From Mycobacterium leprae TN (GTDB lineage Bacteria; Actinomycetota; Actinomycetes; Mycobacteriales; Mycobacteriaceae), in assembly GCF_000195855.1 (NCBI RefSeq), contig NC_002677.1, forward strand, positions 1,770,001-1,802,000: a stretch of DNA of 32,000 nucleotides, in the 5' to 3' direction. Under the pieces are notes generated by a model that made no database searches, was not told the DNA's origin, and was given only the letters and a program-made list of their open reading frames with translations. Every line of letters begins with the position of its first letter. Within the stretch, counting starts at the first letter, position 1. A program made the translations under genes and the position numbers. Positions 11,326 through 22,815 of this stretch are shown piece after piece.

Positions 11326-12207
11326 GTGGGACTGGCTGTTCACAGCGAATCCGTGCTGATCAACGACGGTGGGTTGGCCACCGAGCTCGAAGCGCGCGGA
11401 AACGATCTATCCGATCCGTTGTGGTCGGCTAGACTGCTGACGGATGCCCCACAAGAAATCGTCGCGGTGCACGTCGCGTACTTTCGCGCTGGCGCGACGA
11501 TCGCGACAACCGTGAGCTACCAAGCATCGTTTGAAGGTTTTGCGGCACGCGGGATCGGCCGCGATCAGGCCATCCGGCTGATGCGCCGCAGCGTCGCACT
11601 TGCCAGCGCCGCGCGTGATGAGATCAGCGCGGGTGGTCTTTGCGTCGCCGCCTCAGTCGGACCGTACGGCGCGGCGCTGGCCGACGGGTCGGAATACCGC
11701 GGACGCTACGGCCTGTCCGTCGCAGCTCTGGCCCGATGGCATCGCCCGCGGCTGGAGGTACTGGCCGACGCCGGCGCGGACGTACTCGCCCTGGAAACCA
11801 TCCCCGACATCGACGAGGCAGAAGCGTTAGTCGACCTGGTACGCTCGGTCGGAGTGCCAGCGTGGCTCAGCTACACCATCAACGGAACGCGGACCCGCGC
11901 CGGACAACCGCTTGCCGAGGCGTTCGCGGTGGCCGCCGGCGTCCCCAAGATTGTCGCGGTCGGCGTCAATTGCTGCGCACCCGACGATGTGCTGGCGGCC
12001 ATCCAGATCGCGAATATCGGCAAGCCGATCATCGTCTACCCGAATAGTGGAGAACGCTGGGATTACCGCACCTGGACAGGACCGCGTAGGTTTTCGGCGC
12101 AGCTCGCCCTGCAGTGGACGGCGGCCGGGGCACGCATCGTCGGCGGATGCTGCCGGGTGCGGCCGGCGGATATCGCCGAATTGACGAAGGCACTGGCGAG
12201 CCGTTAA
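11326..12207 (+). CDS. mmuM: Homocysteine S-methyltransferase
   Basis: 293-aa intact [15 protein letters not shown] start motif, [23 protein letters not shown], and the C-terminal zinc-binding cysteines [11 protein letters not shown]. Start codon choice is uncertain. Confidence 0.92.
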   Translation: MGLAVHSESVLINDGGLATELEARGNDLSDPLWSARLLTDAPQEIVAVHVAYFRAGATIATTVSYQASFEGFAARGIGRDQAIRLMRRSVALASAARDEISAGGLCVAASVGPYGAALADGSEYRGRYGLSVAALARWHRPRLEVLADAGADVLALETIPDIDEAEALVDLVRSVGVPAWLSYTINGTRTRAGQPLAEAFAVAAGVPKIVAVGVNCCAPDDVLAAIQIANIGKPIIVYPNSGERWDYRTWTGPRRFSAQLALQWTAAGARIVGGCCRVRPADIAELTKALASR

Positions 12208-12848
12208 ACGGTCTGCGCGGAAAGCTTACGGTATTCCAACACAGTGTCGATAATACCGTAATCCTTGGCTTCTTCGGCGGTCAGGATTTTATCCCTGTCC
12301 GTGTCCTTACGGATCACCGCGGCATCCTTGCCGGTGTGCCGGGACAGCGTCGTCTCCATCAGGGTGCGCATCCGTTCGATTTCGGCAGCCTGGATCTCCA
12401 GATCGGAGAATTGACCTTGGATCACACCGGCCAGCGACGGCTGGTGGATCAGCACGCGCGCGTTGGGTAGCGCCATCCGCTTACCCGGGGTTCCGGCAGC
12501 CAGCAGCACCGCCGCCGCCGAAGCAGCCTGACCCAAACACACCGTCTGGATGTCGGCCCGTACATACTGCATCGTGTCGTAGATCGCCATCAACGAGGTG
12601 AAACCACCGCCCGGTGAGTTGATGTACATAGTGATATCGCGGTCGGGATCCAGCGACTCCAACACCAGCAGCTGGGCCATGATGTCGTTTGCCGACGCAT
12701 CGTCAACTTGGACGCCGAGAAAGATGATGCGTTCCTCAAACAGCTTGTTGTAAGGGTTGGACTCCTTGACGCCGAAACTGGAGTGCTCGATGAATGATGG
12801 CAGGATGTATCGCGCCTGAGGTTGGAGCTGAGAATTCTGCAGTTTCAC
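12204..12848 (-). CDS. clpP2: ATP-dependent Clp protease proteolytic subunit 2
   Basis: 214-aa ORF with a ClpP fold. [20 protein letters not shown], catalytic Ser region [34 protein letters not shown]. Sequence type matches mycobacterial ClpP2 ([28 protein letters not shown]). Confidence 0.96.
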   Translation of the reverse strand: MKLQNSQLQPQARYILPSFIEHSSFGVKESNPYNKLFEERIIFLGVQVDDASANDIMAQLLVLESLDPDRDITMYINSPGGGFTSLMAIYDTMQYVRADIQTVCLGQAASAAAVLLAAGTPGKRMALPNARVLIHQPSLAGVIQGQFSDLEIQAAEIERMRTLMETTLSRHTGKDAAVIRKDTDRDKILTAEEAKDYGIIDTVLEYRKLSAQTV

Positions 12849-13447
12849 TGCACTTCTCCGTTGACGTGGGCGCGGGTAATGATGTGGTCGACAAAACCGT
12901 ATTCCAGGGCTTCCGAGGCAGTGAACCAGCGGTCGCGGTCAGAATCCGCTTCGATTCGCTCGATCGGCTGACCGGTGAACTCAGCGTTGAGCCGGAACAT
13001 CTCCTTTTTGATGACGGCGAACTGCTCAGCCTGGATGGCGATGTCGGCTGCACTGCCGGTCACCCCGCCCAGCGGCTGGTGCATTAGGATGCGGGCGTGT
13101 GGTAGCGCGTAGCGCTTGCCCCTAGTTCCCGCCGCCAGCAAGAACTCCCCCATCGACGCGGCCATGCCCATCGCGTAGGTGGCGATGTCACATGGCGCCA
13201 GCACCATGGTGTCGTAGATCGCCATCCCGGCGCTGATCGATCCACCGGGGGAATTGATGTACAGAGAAATGTCCTTGAAGGCGTCTTCGGCGGCAAGCAG
13301 CAGTATCTGTGCGCAGAGCCGATTGGCGATGTTGTCGTTCACCTCCGACCCCAGGAAGATGATGCGTTCGGAGAGCAATCGCTCATAGACCGAGTCCGTG
13401 AGGTTGAAACCCTGCGAATTCGAACGGATGTCAGTCACGTGGCCCAC
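12845..13447 (-). CDS. clpP1: ATP-dependent Clp protease proteolytic subunit 1
   Basis: ORF 12845-13519 contains [21 protein letters not shown] and [38 protein letters not shown]. Homology begins around (V)[12 protein letters not shown], so the start is placed near the GTG at 13447. A GTG at 13438 is an alternative. Confidence 0.93.
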   Translation of the reverse strand: MGHVTDIRSNSQGFNLTDSVYERLLSERIIFLGSEVNDNIANRLCAQILLLAAEDAFKDISLYINSPGGSISAGMAIYDTMVLAPCDIATYAMGMAASMGEFLLAAGTRGKRYALPHARILMHQPLGGVTGSAADIAIQAEQFAVIKKEMFRLNAEFTGQPIERIEADSDRDRWFTASEALEYGFVDHIITRAHVNGEVQ

Positions 13448-13570
13448 AGTGGGATACCTGCTTTCTGGAGTTCTGTATGCACCGACACTAACGAACCGAG
13501 CCCGTTGTTTGGCGATCACGCACCCCCTGAAAGGGGCACGTTCGTTTACAGCGTCATAACCCAGTCATTG

Positions 13571-14980
13571 TCATTCCGCGGCCTCGTCGACCTCTTCATC
13601 GATGGCATCACTGTTCGGATCTGCTTCTTCGGTCTTCTGGTCGGCCTTATCGCTTTGGGCATGCTTACCGAAAAATTCACTGGTGTCTATCGTGTTTCCG
13701 TCACTATCGGTGAACGTAGCCGCCTCGACCACAGCTGCGACCGCCAGCCTGCGCCGCGCGTCAGTAACCAAGGACGATAACCGGTTGTTTTCCCGCAAGA
13801 AGCCAAACAGCTGCTGTGCGTCGACGCCGTATTGCTGAGACGTGGCGAGCAAGCGTTCGTTCAGGTCATCCTGACCCACCTGGATCTTCTGGTCGTCAGC
13901 CACTACATCCAACAGCAGTTGCCTCGTGACATCTCTCTCGGCAGCGCTACGCGCTTCAGCCTCGAACTCCTCGCGCGACGACCCACGCTCAGCGAGCACC
14001 TCGGCGAACTTGGCTTCGTCGTGGCCCAGGCCGCTGAGCGCGTCATGCAGGGCATTATTGAACTGGGCTTGCACAATCCCTTCCGGCAATGGCACATCTA
14101 CCCGCTCGAGCAAAGCGTCCACAGCCGCGTCACGGATTTTCTCCGCTTGCTGGGCGTACTTAGCCTTACGGACCTGATCCCCGAGATTGGCCCGTAGTTC
14201 TGCCATGGTGTCGAACTCGCTGACCAGTTGCGCGAATTCGTCATCCGGCTCCGGCAATTCGCGTTCCTTGACCGACTTGACGGTGACGATGACCTCTGCG
14301 TCTTGCCCGGCGTGTTTGCTGGTCGCTAACTGGGTGGTGAAGACTCGCGACTCACCAGCGGACAAACCGACGAGCGCATCGTCGAGACCTGCGATAAGCC
14401 GGCCGTAGCCGACCTCATGAGACAGCCCCTCCGCATCGGCGTTCGGCACCTTCTCGCCATTGATGGTGGCCGACAAATCAATCGAGACAAAGTCACCGAG
14501 CGCCACAGGTCGGTCCACGCCGATCAGAGTGCCGAACCTGGCACGCAACGACCGCAACTCTGCCTCGACATCATCGGTGCTGACCTCGACCGGATCCACA
14601 ACAACCTTCAATGTGCTGAAATCCGGAAGTGCGATCTTGGGGCGTACCTCAACTTCGACGGTGAAAGCCAGATCCTGACCGTACTCCTTTCTGATCACCT
14701 CTATTTCGGGCTGGCCGATCGGTTGGACCTCAGACTCCGCCAGCGCCTGCCCGTACCGACTGGGCATGGCTTCGTTGACGACCTGATCGAGCAGCGTCTC
14801 CCGACCAAAACGGGCCTCCAGCAATCGCGCAGGAACTTTCCCGGGCCGGAAACCGGGCAGCTGCACATGTCTGGCCAGCTCTTTGTAGGCCCGCTGAAAA
14901 TCCGGCTCAAGCTCTGTAAAAGGTACTTCCACGTTGATACGCACCCGAGTAGGGTTCAACTGCTCGACACTGCTTTTCAC
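13571..14980 (-). CDS. tig: Trigger factor (peptidyl-prolyl isomerase chaperone)
   Basis: Protein from GTG at 14980: [59 protein letters not shown]... with the TF ribosome-binding signature GFRxGKxP. The N-terminal extension in the ORF track reads back through the tRNA-Pro gene and is not coding. Confidence 0.97.
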   Translation of the reverse strand: MKSSVEQLNPTRVRINVEVPFTELEPDFQRAYKELARHVQLPGFRPGKVPARLLEARFGRETLLDQVVNEAMPSRYGQALAESEVQPIGQPEIEVIRKEYGQDLAFTVEVEVRPKIALPDFSTLKVVVDPVEVSTDDVEAELRSLRARFGTLIGVDRPVALGDFVSIDLSATINGEKVPNADAEGLSHEVGYGRLIAGLDDALVGLSAGESRVFTTQLATSKHAGQDAEVIVTVKSVKERELPEPDDEFAQLVSEFDTMAELRANLGDQVRKAKYAQQAEKIRDAAVDALLERVDVPLPEGIVQAQFNNALHDALSGLGHDEAKFAEVLAERGSSREEFEAEARSAAERDVTRQLLLDVVADDQKIQVGQDDLNERLLATSQQYGVDAQQLFGFLRENNRLSSLVTDARRRLAVAAVVEAATFTDSDGNTIDTSEFFGKHAQSDKADQKTEEADPNSDAIDEEVDEAAE

Positions 14981-15012
14981 GGGCGTGCTCCTCGGTGGTC
15001 GTCCCTGGCGAT

Positions 15013-15089
15013 TGGTCGGGGTGACAGGATTTGAACCTGCGGCCTTCCGCTCCCAAAGCGGATGCGCTACCAAGCTGCGCTACACCCCG
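15013..15089 (-). tRNA. proU: tRNA-Pro (anticodon TGG), CCA encoded
   Basis: Minus-strand CGGGGTGTAGCGCAGCTTGGTAGCGCATCCGCTTTGGGAGCGGAAGGCCGCAGGTTCAAATCCTGTCACCCCGACCA folds as a cloverleaf. Anticodon stem TCCGC/GCGGA, loop TTTGGGA. The gene symbol is from mycobacterial nomenclature by position and less certain than the tRNA call. Confidence 0.93.
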
Positions 15090-15224
15090 CGCTGACCACG
15101 CGATCTTACGGCCCGACAGCAACGGCTTTTGCAACGACCTATTTGCGTCACGGAGCGGTCGCAGAACAACTCCGATTAGAGTTTTATGCCTGCCACCACG
15201 TACAGTCGCCTTCGACTGATACAC

Positions 15225-15295
15225 GCGGGCGTAGCTCAATGGTAGAGCCCTAGTCCTCCAAACTAGCTACACGGGTTCGATTCCCGTCGCCCGCT
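15225..15295 (+). tRNA. tRNA-Gly (anticodon TCC), CCA not encoded
   Basis: GCGGGCGTAGCTCAATGGTAGAGCCCTAGTCCTCCAAACTAGCTACACGGGTTCGATTCCCGTCGCCCGCT folds as a cloverleaf. Acceptor GCGGGCG/CGCCCGC, loop CCTCCAA. Confidence 0.93.
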
Positions 15296-15328
15296 CAGGT
15301 TGACTGTTTTGCTCAACAGAAAGGCACC

Positions 15329-16450
15329 ATGAGCGAAGTCATCAAAAGATCATGCGCGTCGGACTTCGGTCGGCGTACAAGATGCGTTCGAGCACAACTT
15401 TGCGCTGCATAGCCAAGTCGGCACGGCTGTAGCGGTGTGGGTCGACGGAGATCTTGTCGTCCACCTCTGGGCAGCTCCGCCGACACCGCCGGTACCCTGC
15501 CGTGGCAGCAGGAGACACTATCCGTCGTGCTCTCCGGCACCAAGACGCTACTGGCCAGAGTTCGGGCTGGCAAGGAAGCCAGCCACGCTGGCCATGGTGA
15601 TGAGCCACCGCTCCGGCGCAATTGGGTCGCGCAAACGGTTCACTTGAGGGCAAGTAGCGATTGGAAGCCTTATCGGCGTGCAGCGAACTGCCGAACCGTG
15701 GTGACTAGCCAGCAACCGCCCAGAGTTACCACGCAGTCCGCTTCAATGTCCTCCTCGGTGAGGTGACTCACCGGGTCACCGGCCGTATAATACCTCACTA
15801 ATTTACTCACCGAGATTGCCGAACCTTTAGGCATCGATGTGCATATTGGCTTCCCTGCCGGTGAGCATCACCACTGTGCCGATCTGATGAACCACTCCCC
15901 AAATCCGCATGATGGTGTGCGGCGTCAAGGTATCCGACTATACCGTCATGCTGGCCTAACACCCGAAAGCAGGGCTGTCCGTCTCGATCGGGTTCGTGCC
16001 CCTTGTATGCCCGACAACTAACTCGGCTTCAAGGCATCGGAGCGGTGGTGAAAGATCGAATTTCCCACCATCAACAGACATGCGTCGGCGCTGGGGTTGG
16101 CGACTTTAAACTACAACACACTCACCCAGGAGAAGCTGCTCAGTCCCAGCCACATGGACCTCGAGCCACGCGAACCTCGTCCGGGTGTCCCAAAGTGGCT
16201 TCGACACCGATCCGGTGCTCGGCCCGCGGGTCTCCCCCGATCACGTATGGAATTTGGGCTACATGCTCAACCAGCGTGGCAGCAACGGACCCAATCCGGA
16301 GATTTTCGGCCACGGCGGCACAGGCGGTTCATTCGGGTTTGTCGATTTGGAACACCGAATCGGCTAAGCGTATGTGATGAATCGCTTCGACACCACCGAG
16401 GCCAACGCAGACCCACGCAACCTCGCCCTTAGTAACCAGGTCTAGGCGGC
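15329..16450 (+). pseudogene. lipP: LipP-like esterase / class C beta-lactamase-family remnant
   Basis: Fragments: GVQDAFEHNFALHSQVGTAVAVWVDGDLVVHLWAAP and, in another frame, GYMLNQRGSNGPNPEIFGHGGTGGSFGFVDLEHRIG followed by AYVMNRF. Typical of LipP/beta-lactamase-family esterases. Broken into several frames, and lies between tig/tRNAs and nei/rpiB as Rv2463 does. Confidence 0.78.
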
Positions 16451-16459
16451 GCTTGAGGT

Positions 16460-17300
16460 CAACAACGACGAACTCTAGGTAGTCTAAAATTACCGACGAC
16501 TGGGCCAACCCGGTCTCCACCCGCGGATTCAGCGAAGTTGATCTTTGTCCTGGCCATTCACGTCTGGCACTGAGGGCGCCAAAACACATTACGACCCTCT
16601 AGCATCGTGCAGTACAGATCTTTCCCCCACACCAACCCGGTAGAGCCCCTCACCGGTGCACCGGCTAGACGTACGGGGCCGCTCTGGCAGGTAGGACAGC
16701 AGACTGCGATCGTACTCGGGTAAATCACGAAGATTTTGCCACGGCGCAAACACATTTTATCTTCAGTGCCACCAGATCGGCCCACTCTGCATCGAACGCT
16801 GTCTGACCGATCTCCTCGGTCGATCTGGAGCAGGTCGATGCGGTGGCGGAACAACAATTGGCTGTGGATACATGCCCCACCCGAACCCGGCCGATAACGG
16901 TTTGCTCCATCAAGAGTGTATTAACAAGTTTACACGACTTTGTAACCCGGGCCCACGCCCACCAGGGGTTGGCATCGCCACGTAGGTGATCGAGTCCAAA
17001 CCTTGCGACGACGTCTCCGACCTGGCCTTCGTCGAACAACCGGCATACTGTCGAGCCGCCCAAGTCGGTGCCGCAGTCAGCACCGACCATCCACATCCGT
17101 ACCTGTCCGACCTGTTACGAACAGCGATACATCGCTAGAGCGAGTCCATTCGGTGAAGATGCCTATAGAGACCAAGACACACATGCCCTATCGGACCATT
17201 GACGTAGTGATAAAACAGATACTTGCTCCAAGTTGGCCTGCGCTACCACTCGACCGTCCACCGCGGCCGCCAAACTAGCGAATCGCAGTTGGCGAGTTGA
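16460..17300 (-). pseudogene. nei: Fpg/Nei-family DNA glycosylase (endonuclease VIII-like) remnant
   Basis: Fragments: LAGAPVRGSTGLVWG; CRLFDEGQVGDVVARFGLDHLRGDANPWWAWARVTKS; LVNTLLMEQTVIGRVRVGHVS; LLFRHRIDL. These match the order of an Fpg/Nei protein, with frameshifts. Positionally equivalent to Rv2464c. Confidence 0.78.
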
Positions 17301-17385
17301 ACACCACGACGGGTGCACCAGAGAATCGACGCTGATGCAACCAGGCCAGCCGGTGCTAAGGATGCCTTCCGGGCACCGGTGAACC

Positions 17386-17874
17386 TCAGGCCTGAGCGCC
17401 GGGCACCGGCGGCGCTTGGTGCGTACGTTCGAATTCGGCGAGGATATCGATACGCCGTTGGTGGCGCTGCGCTTCCGACCACGGTGTGGTCACGAAAGCG
17501 TCGACAATAGTCAGCGCCTCAGCGACGGTGTGCATGCGGCCGCCAATACCGATCAACTGCGCGTTGTTGTGTTCACGCGCCAGCCTCGCGGTCTCGACGC
17601 TCCACGCCAGCGCGCACCGTGCGCCGACAACCTTGTTGGCCGCGATCTGCTCGCCGTTGCCCGACCCCCCAAGCACGATACCGAGGCTACCTGGATCGGC
17701 CACCGTGCGCGTCGCGGCAGTGATGCAAAACGCCGGATATTCATCGTCGACATCGTAACTAAAGGCGCCACAGTCGATCGGCTGATGACCGGATTGTTTC
17801 AGATGCTCGATAATCTGCCGCTTGAGCTCGTAGCCGGCGTGATCGGCCCCCAGGTAGACACGCATGCCCGACAT
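17386..17874 (-). CDS. rpiB: Ribose-5-phosphate isomerase B
   Basis: From ATG at 17874: MSGMRVYLGADHAGYELKRQIIEHLKQSGHQPIDCGAFSYDVDDEYPAFC...GSGNGEQIAANKVVGARCALAWSVETARLAREHNNAQLIGIGGRMH. RpiB/LacAB motifs. The track's upstream extension to 17958 is unlikely. Confidence 0.95.
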   Translation of the reverse strand: MSGMRVYLGADHAGYELKRQIIEHLKQSGHQPIDCGAFSYDVDDEYPAFCITAATRTVADPGSLGIVLGGSGNGEQIAANKVVGARCALAWSVETARLAREHNNAQLIGIGGRMHTVAEALTIVDAFVTTPWSEAQRHQRRIDILAEFERTHQAPPVPGAQA

Positions 17875-17914
17875 TGTGCCCGACGCGGTTACGACGCTCG
17901 CCGAGCCGCCTGTT

Positions 17915-18538
17915 CTAGGCGAACTGCGGCGGTTCGGTTCGGGTCCGCTTGAGCTCAAAAAAGTGTGGGTAAGCCGCCAAAGTCAGCGAGGCGTCCCAGA
18001 GCTTGCCGGCCTCCTCACCGCGCGGGATTTTCGACAATACCGGCCCGAAGAACGCCACACCGTTGACGTGCACAGTCGGTGTGCCGACATCGTCGCCAAC
18101 CGGGTCCATGCCGGCGTGGTGACTCTCACGCAGCGCGTCGTCGTAGGCGTTACTTTGAGCTGCCGCGGCCAGCTCCGCTGGCAGACCAGTGTCGGCAAGC
18201 GATCTCTTGATGACCTCGTCGAGGTTTTTGTTGTCCTCGTTGTGAATCCGGATACCCATCGCAGTGTACAAGGGGTCCAGCACACTGGCACCATTAGCCT
18301 GTTCAGCAGCGATCACCACCCGCGCCGGTCCCCATGCCTTCGTTATATTTTCGAGATAGTTTTCCGTCAGATCTTCGCGGTTTTCGTTAAGTATCGCCAG
18401 ACTCATCACGTGAAAGTGCACCTCGACATCGCGAACCTTCTCCACCTCAAGGATCCAGCGCGAAGTGATCCAGCACCACGGGCATAGCGGGTCGAACCAT
18501 AAATCGGCTTGATACTTGACAGACGCCTTCTCGGGCAT
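17915..18538 (-). CDS. DsbA/FrnE-like thioredoxin-fold oxidoreductase (Rv2466c-type mycothiol-dependent reductase)
   Basis: From ATG at 18538: [36 protein letters not shown]... CPWC active site in a DsbA-like family protein, C-terminal [26 protein letters not shown]. Confidence 0.92.
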   Translation of the reverse strand: MPEKASVKYQADLWFDPLCPWCWITSRWILEVEKVRDVEVHFHVMSLAILNENREDLTENYLENITKAWGPARVVIAAEQANGASVLDPLYTAMGIRIHNEDNKNLDEVIKRSLADTGLPAELAAAAQSNAYDDALRESHHAGMDPVGDDVGTPTVHVNGVAFFGPVLSKIPRGEEAGKLWDASLTLAAYPHFFELKRTRTEPPQFA

Positions 18539-18669
18539 GGCGCAGTCCTCTCCAGAGAGTTCAGAGACAGTCGGAAAACTTTTCAGTACAAACGTAGTTG
18601 CCGCGCGGCTGTTCCCACCCAAAGGTACCGGCACCCGGCTCGCGTACCGACAGGCTCTAAGTTGGACGC

Positions 18670-21258
18670 GTGGCCCTTCCAAACCTCACCCGGGACCAGG
18701 CTGTCGAACGCTCCGCCCTGATCACCGTCGACAGCTACCAGATCAACCTCGATCTCACCGACGGCCCCGACAACGCCCCTAGCGACCGCACGTTCCGCTC
18801 CATCACCACGGTGGTGTTTGACGCACTAGCCGGCGCCGACACCGTAATCGACATTGCTGCCGATGCCGTGCGCAGTGCCACCCTCAACGACCACGAACTC
18901 GACGTCTCCGAATACGACGAATCGACCGGTATCCCGTTACCTGGACTGGCCGATCGCAACGTTGTCGTCGTCGACGCCGACTGCCGCTACTCCAACACCG
19001 GCGAGGGCCTACATCGCTTCGTCGACCCCGTAGACGACGAGATCTACTTGTACTCGCAATTCGAAACAGCTGACGCCAAAAGGATGTTCGCCTGCTTCGA
19101 CCAACCTGACCTCAAGGCCACCTTCGAGGTAGAGGTGACCGCATGCAAGAACTGGAAGGTGATCTCCAATAGCGTGTGCATCAACATCACCGAGGGGACA
19201 CACACCTTCGCCACCACCCCACGTATGAGCACCTATCTGGTGGCGTTGATCGCCGGGCCATACGCTGCTTGGTACGCCAGTTACCGCGACGAACACGGTG
19301 AAATCCCGCTGGGCATCTACTGCCGAGCCTCGCTGGCACAATTCATGGACGCCGAGCGATTATTCACACAGACTAAGAAGGGATTTAATTTTTACCACAA
19401 GCACTTTGGCCTACCGTACGCGTTCGGCAAATACGATCAGCTCTTCGTCCCCGAGTTCAATGCCGGAGCAATGGAAAACGCCGGCGCGGTGACGTTCCTC
19501 GAGGACTACGTCTTCCGCAGCAAAGTCACCCGTGCTTCCTATGAACGGCGCACCGAGACGGTACTACACGAGATGGCACACATGTGGTTCGGCAATTTGG
19601 TCACCATGACCTGGTGGGACGACTTGTGGCTGAACGAGTCTTTCGCAACCTTTGCATCGGTGCTGTGTCAAAGCGAAGCCACCGAATTTACCGAAGCGTG
19701 GACGACGTTCGCCACTGTGGAAAAGTCGTGGGCTTACTGCCAGGACCAACTGCCATCCACGCACCCGATCGTCGCCGACATCCCAGACCTGGCTGCAGTC
19801 GAGGTAAACTTTGACGGCATCACTTACGCTAAAGGCGCTTCCGTATTGAAGCAGCTCGTTGCGTACGTTGGGTTAGAGCAATTCCTGGCCGGGCTGCGCG
19901 ACTACTTCCGCAAACACGCATTCGCCAATGCCACTTTTGACGATCTGCTTGTCGCACTGGAAAACGCCTCCGGACGCGACTTGTCACACTGGAGTCAACA
20001 GTGGCTGAAAACCACTGGGATCAACATGCTAAGGCCAGATTTCGACGTCGACGCCGATGGCAAATTTACCCGGTTCTCGGTGATGCAAAGCGGCGCCGAA
20101 CCGGGTGCGGGTGAGACTCGGGTGCACCGGCTGGCGGTCGGAATCTACGATAACTGCGGGGAAGCCGACAAACTGGTGCGGGTGCATCGGGAAGAACTCG
20201 ACGTCGAGGGTACAGAAACGGAAGTACCTGCACTGGTTGGCATTTCGCAGGGCAAGCTGATTCTTGTCAATGATGACGACCTGACCTACTGCTCACTGCG
20301 GCTAGATGCCCAGTCGCTGCAAACCGCGCTACAGAGCATCGCCGACATCGCCGAACCACTGCCACGCACCCTGGTGTGGTCAACAGCCTGGGAAATGACC
20401 CGCGAGGCCGAATTGCGTGCCCGCGACTTCGTGGCGCTGGTTTCAGGTGCCTTGCATGCCGAAACCGAGGTCGGGGTGGCACAGCGGCTGCTACTGCAGG
20501 CGCAAACGGCGCTGGGCTCATATGCCGATCCAGACTGGGCGCGTGATTACGGCTGGCCGCAGTTCGCCGACCGGATCTTGGAATTGGCGCGCGCCGCAGT
20601 ATCCGGGTCGGATCACCAGCTCGCTTTCATCAACACGCTGTGCTCATCGGTGCTGTCGCCCCGGCATGTGCAGACATTGGCTGCCCTGCTCAACGATGAC
20701 CCCACCGAGCTGGGATTGCCTGGCGTGCAGGTCGATACCGATCTGCGCTGGCGCATCGTAACCGCACTCGCCACCGCCGGGACTCTCGATGCCAATGGGC
20801 CGCAGACACCATGGATCGACGCCGAGATGCAACGTGACCCGACGGCCGCCGGCAAGCGCCACGGCGCTCAGGCCGCAGCAGCACGGCCGCAGTCCGACAT
20901 TAAGGACAAGGCGTTCACTACGGTGGTCGAAGATGACACCCTGACTAACGCTGCAGGCCGGGCAATAATCGCGGGCATTGTCGCACCAGGACAAGGTGAG
21001 CTACTCAAGCCGTTCACCGCGCGCTACTTCGCCGCGATACCCGGTGTCTGGACACGGCGATCCAGCGAAGTAGCGCAAACGGTGGTGATCGGCCTGTATC
21101 CCCACTGGGACATCAGCGACGTGGGTATCGCCGCTGCTGAGGAGTTCCTAACCGCCCCGGAGTCAAAAGTACCACCAGCCTTGCGCCGGCTGGTGCTGGA
21201 GGGCCAGGCTGCGGTGAAGCGCGCACTACGCGCTCGCATGTTCGACAGTGCTGACTAA
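18670..21258 (+). CDS. pepN: Aminopeptidase N (M1 family)
   Basis: 862-aa intact ORF from [20 protein letters not shown] (GxMEN), zinc motif [27 protein letters not shown] (HExxH...E). Confidence 0.97.
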   Translation: MALPNLTRDQAVERSALITVDSYQINLDLTDGPDNAPSDRTFRSITTVVFDALAGADTVIDIAADAVRSATLNDHELDVSEYDESTGIPLPGLADRNVVVVDADCRYSNTGEGLHRFVDPVDDEIYLYSQFETADAKRMFACFDQPDLKATFEVEVTACKNWKVISNSVCINITEGTHTFATTPRMSTYLVALIAGPYAAWYASYRDEHGEIPLGIYCRASLAQFMDAERLFTQTKKGFNFYHKHFGLPYAFGKYDQLFVPEFNAGAMENAGAVTFLEDYVFRSKVTRASYERRTETVLHEMAHMWFGNLVTMTWWDDLWLNESFATFASVLCQSEATEFTEAWTTFATVEKSWAYCQDQLPSTHPIVADIPDLAAVEVNFDGITYAKGASVLKQLVAYVGLEQFLAGLRDYFRKHAFANATFDDLLVALENASGRDLSHWSQQWLKTTGINMLRPDFDVDADGKFTRFSVMQSGAEPGAGETRVHRLAVGIYDNCGEADKLVRVHREELDVEGTETEVPALVGISQGKLILVNDDDLTYCSLRLDAQSLQTALQSIADIAEPLPRTLVWSTAWEMTREAELRARDFVALVSGALHAETEVGVAQRLLLQAQTALGSYADPDWARDYGWPQFADRILELARAAVSGSDHQLAFINTLCSSVLSPRHVQTLAALLNDDPTELGLPGVQVDTDLRWRIVTALATAGTLDANGPQTPWIDAEMQRDPTAAGKRHGAQAAAARPQSDIKDKAFTTVVEDDTLTNAAGRAIIAGIVAPGQGELLKPFTARYFAAIPGVWTRRSSEVAQTVVIGLYPHWDISDVGIAAAEEFLTAPESKVPPALRRLVLEGQAAVKRALRARMFDSAD

Positions 21259-21849
21259 ATCGTTTGTTGCTGTGTTGTGGGTGTTTCATAGGTGGTGGGT
21301 GAAATGGCTGTTTTTGCGTTTTATGACTGGCCGATATGTTCGGTAGTCGTGGGGGGCAGCCCGGAATCCTGTTGACGTGTTTTGCTGTGTTGCGGGGTTT
21401 TTGTTGGTGGGTGGCTGACTGCCTGCTTTCGATGAGGCTTCGTGTGCTTTGCCGCAGTGGACACGATTAGCGCGGCGCACGTAAGCATGTCGGTGGTGGG
21501 TGCTGCTTGGTCTACATGTTGATGATGCCAGGGGCTGGGCACCTGGGCTGTGCTGAAGGCGATATCGATGCAGGCGTGAGTGTGAGGATAGTTGTTAGCG
21601 CCGCGGGGTAGGGGCGTTTTAGTGTGCATGTCATGGCCTTGAGGTGTCGGCGTGGTCAATGTGGCCGCACCTGAACAGGCACGTCCCCGTGCACGGTATA
21701 ACTATTCGCACCTGATGTTATCCCTTGCACCATTTCTGCCGCTGGTATCGGTGTCGGCGGCTTGTTGACCGGCCCTCAGCCAGCAAGCAGGCATGCCGCC
21801 GGGTGCAGCAGTATCGTGTTAGTGAACAGTGCATCGATGATCCGGCCGT

Positions 21850-22815
21850 CGGCGGCACATACGGCAACCTTCTAGCGCAGATCAACCACCCACACCCCAC
21901 CAGCCCACCACAACACCACCCAAACCAAACCAGCAAAAAATAACCACCAAATGACCATCGCCGAGAATCCGGTAAAACTGGTGTTTGCACTGGTGAACAA
22001 AATGGCAGCCCATACCACCTGGAAGAGGCCATAGAAGAAGTTGGCGATTACCCCGTTGTTAAAGACCACGCGAATAACCTGAGACAAAACCAATGGATGT
22101 TCATCGACATACGGTGTTGCGTGGGTAACAAACGCCAGGCACACAACATCAGCCAGCAAGAATCCAAGCACCGCATACATGACAGTGAGAACGCAACTCG
22201 CGTTGAAGCCCTGCGGTTTTCGGCAGAAATCAGTCGTATTCGAGATCGCCTCAACACCGGCCAGTTACGAACCCCCGTTAGCGAACGCACGCAACACGGT
22301 CAGGATCGTCGCGCCCATCACCAGCCCGCTTCCCTGCTGCCCCGGCACCGGTCCGACCAGCTGATACGGATAGTATGTCAGTAATTCCCTGTACTATATT
22401 CGCGGATGACGCCGACCATGATTGCCAAGGCTTCCATGAAGATGGACGCATAAGTAGCCACCGCGAACAGCGTCCACATTTCGCGGAGGCCGTGCAAACG
22501 CGCTTTAGGAGATCAGCAGCGCCATAACAGACGATGATGTCCAGGCTGTAGAAACCCAACACGGGGATCGCCGGCACCACCGCAACCGTCCCGGCCGTCA
22601 CGTGTACCACACACTCTGGACCACATAGTCGATCAGCAAGGAGGCCGCTGCGATCTGCTCCAGTAGGTGAAAGTTACTCAAGCACAACTTGTTAGACCAT
22701 TTCATGGACCTCAAGTCCTCGGTGATTAGTGACTTGCCCAGGGCGATAAACTCGGCTATGTCACCAAACGACAGCAGGATGCGCAGCTTGCCAACCGAAG
22801 ATGTCACGACCACAT
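21850..22815 (-). pseudogene. APC-superfamily (amino acid/cation) permease remnant
   Basis: Minus-strand fragments in transporter order: VGKLRILLSFGDIAEFIALGKSLITEDL...; IAAASLLIDYVV; VTAGTVAVVPAIPVLGFY; ADVVCLAFVTHATPYVDEHPLVLSQVIRVVF; ANFFYGLFQVVWAAILFTSANTSFTGF. APC-type TM segments split by frameshifts. Confidence 0.62.

Noticed and set aside
14417-15034. 205-aa plus ORF antisense to tig
   Set aside because: Antisense to tig and extends into the tRNA-Pro gene, with no homology-like features.
14907-15239. Minus ORF containing [24 protein letters not shown]
   Set aside because: This peptide is the classic spurious translation of a tRNA gene (here tRNA-Pro), not a protein.
17864-18487. 207-aa plus ORF antisense to the DsbA/FrnE-like gene
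   Set aside because: Lies opposite a conserved thioredoxin-fold gene with a CPWC active site. No independent coding evidence.
21321-21659. His/Thr/Pro-rich minus ORFs downstream of pepN as an HNH endonuclease or REP13E12-like element
   Set aside because: The composition hinted at an HNH-type His-rich tail, but I could not find an HNH motif or terminal repeats. Left as an unassigned junction segment.
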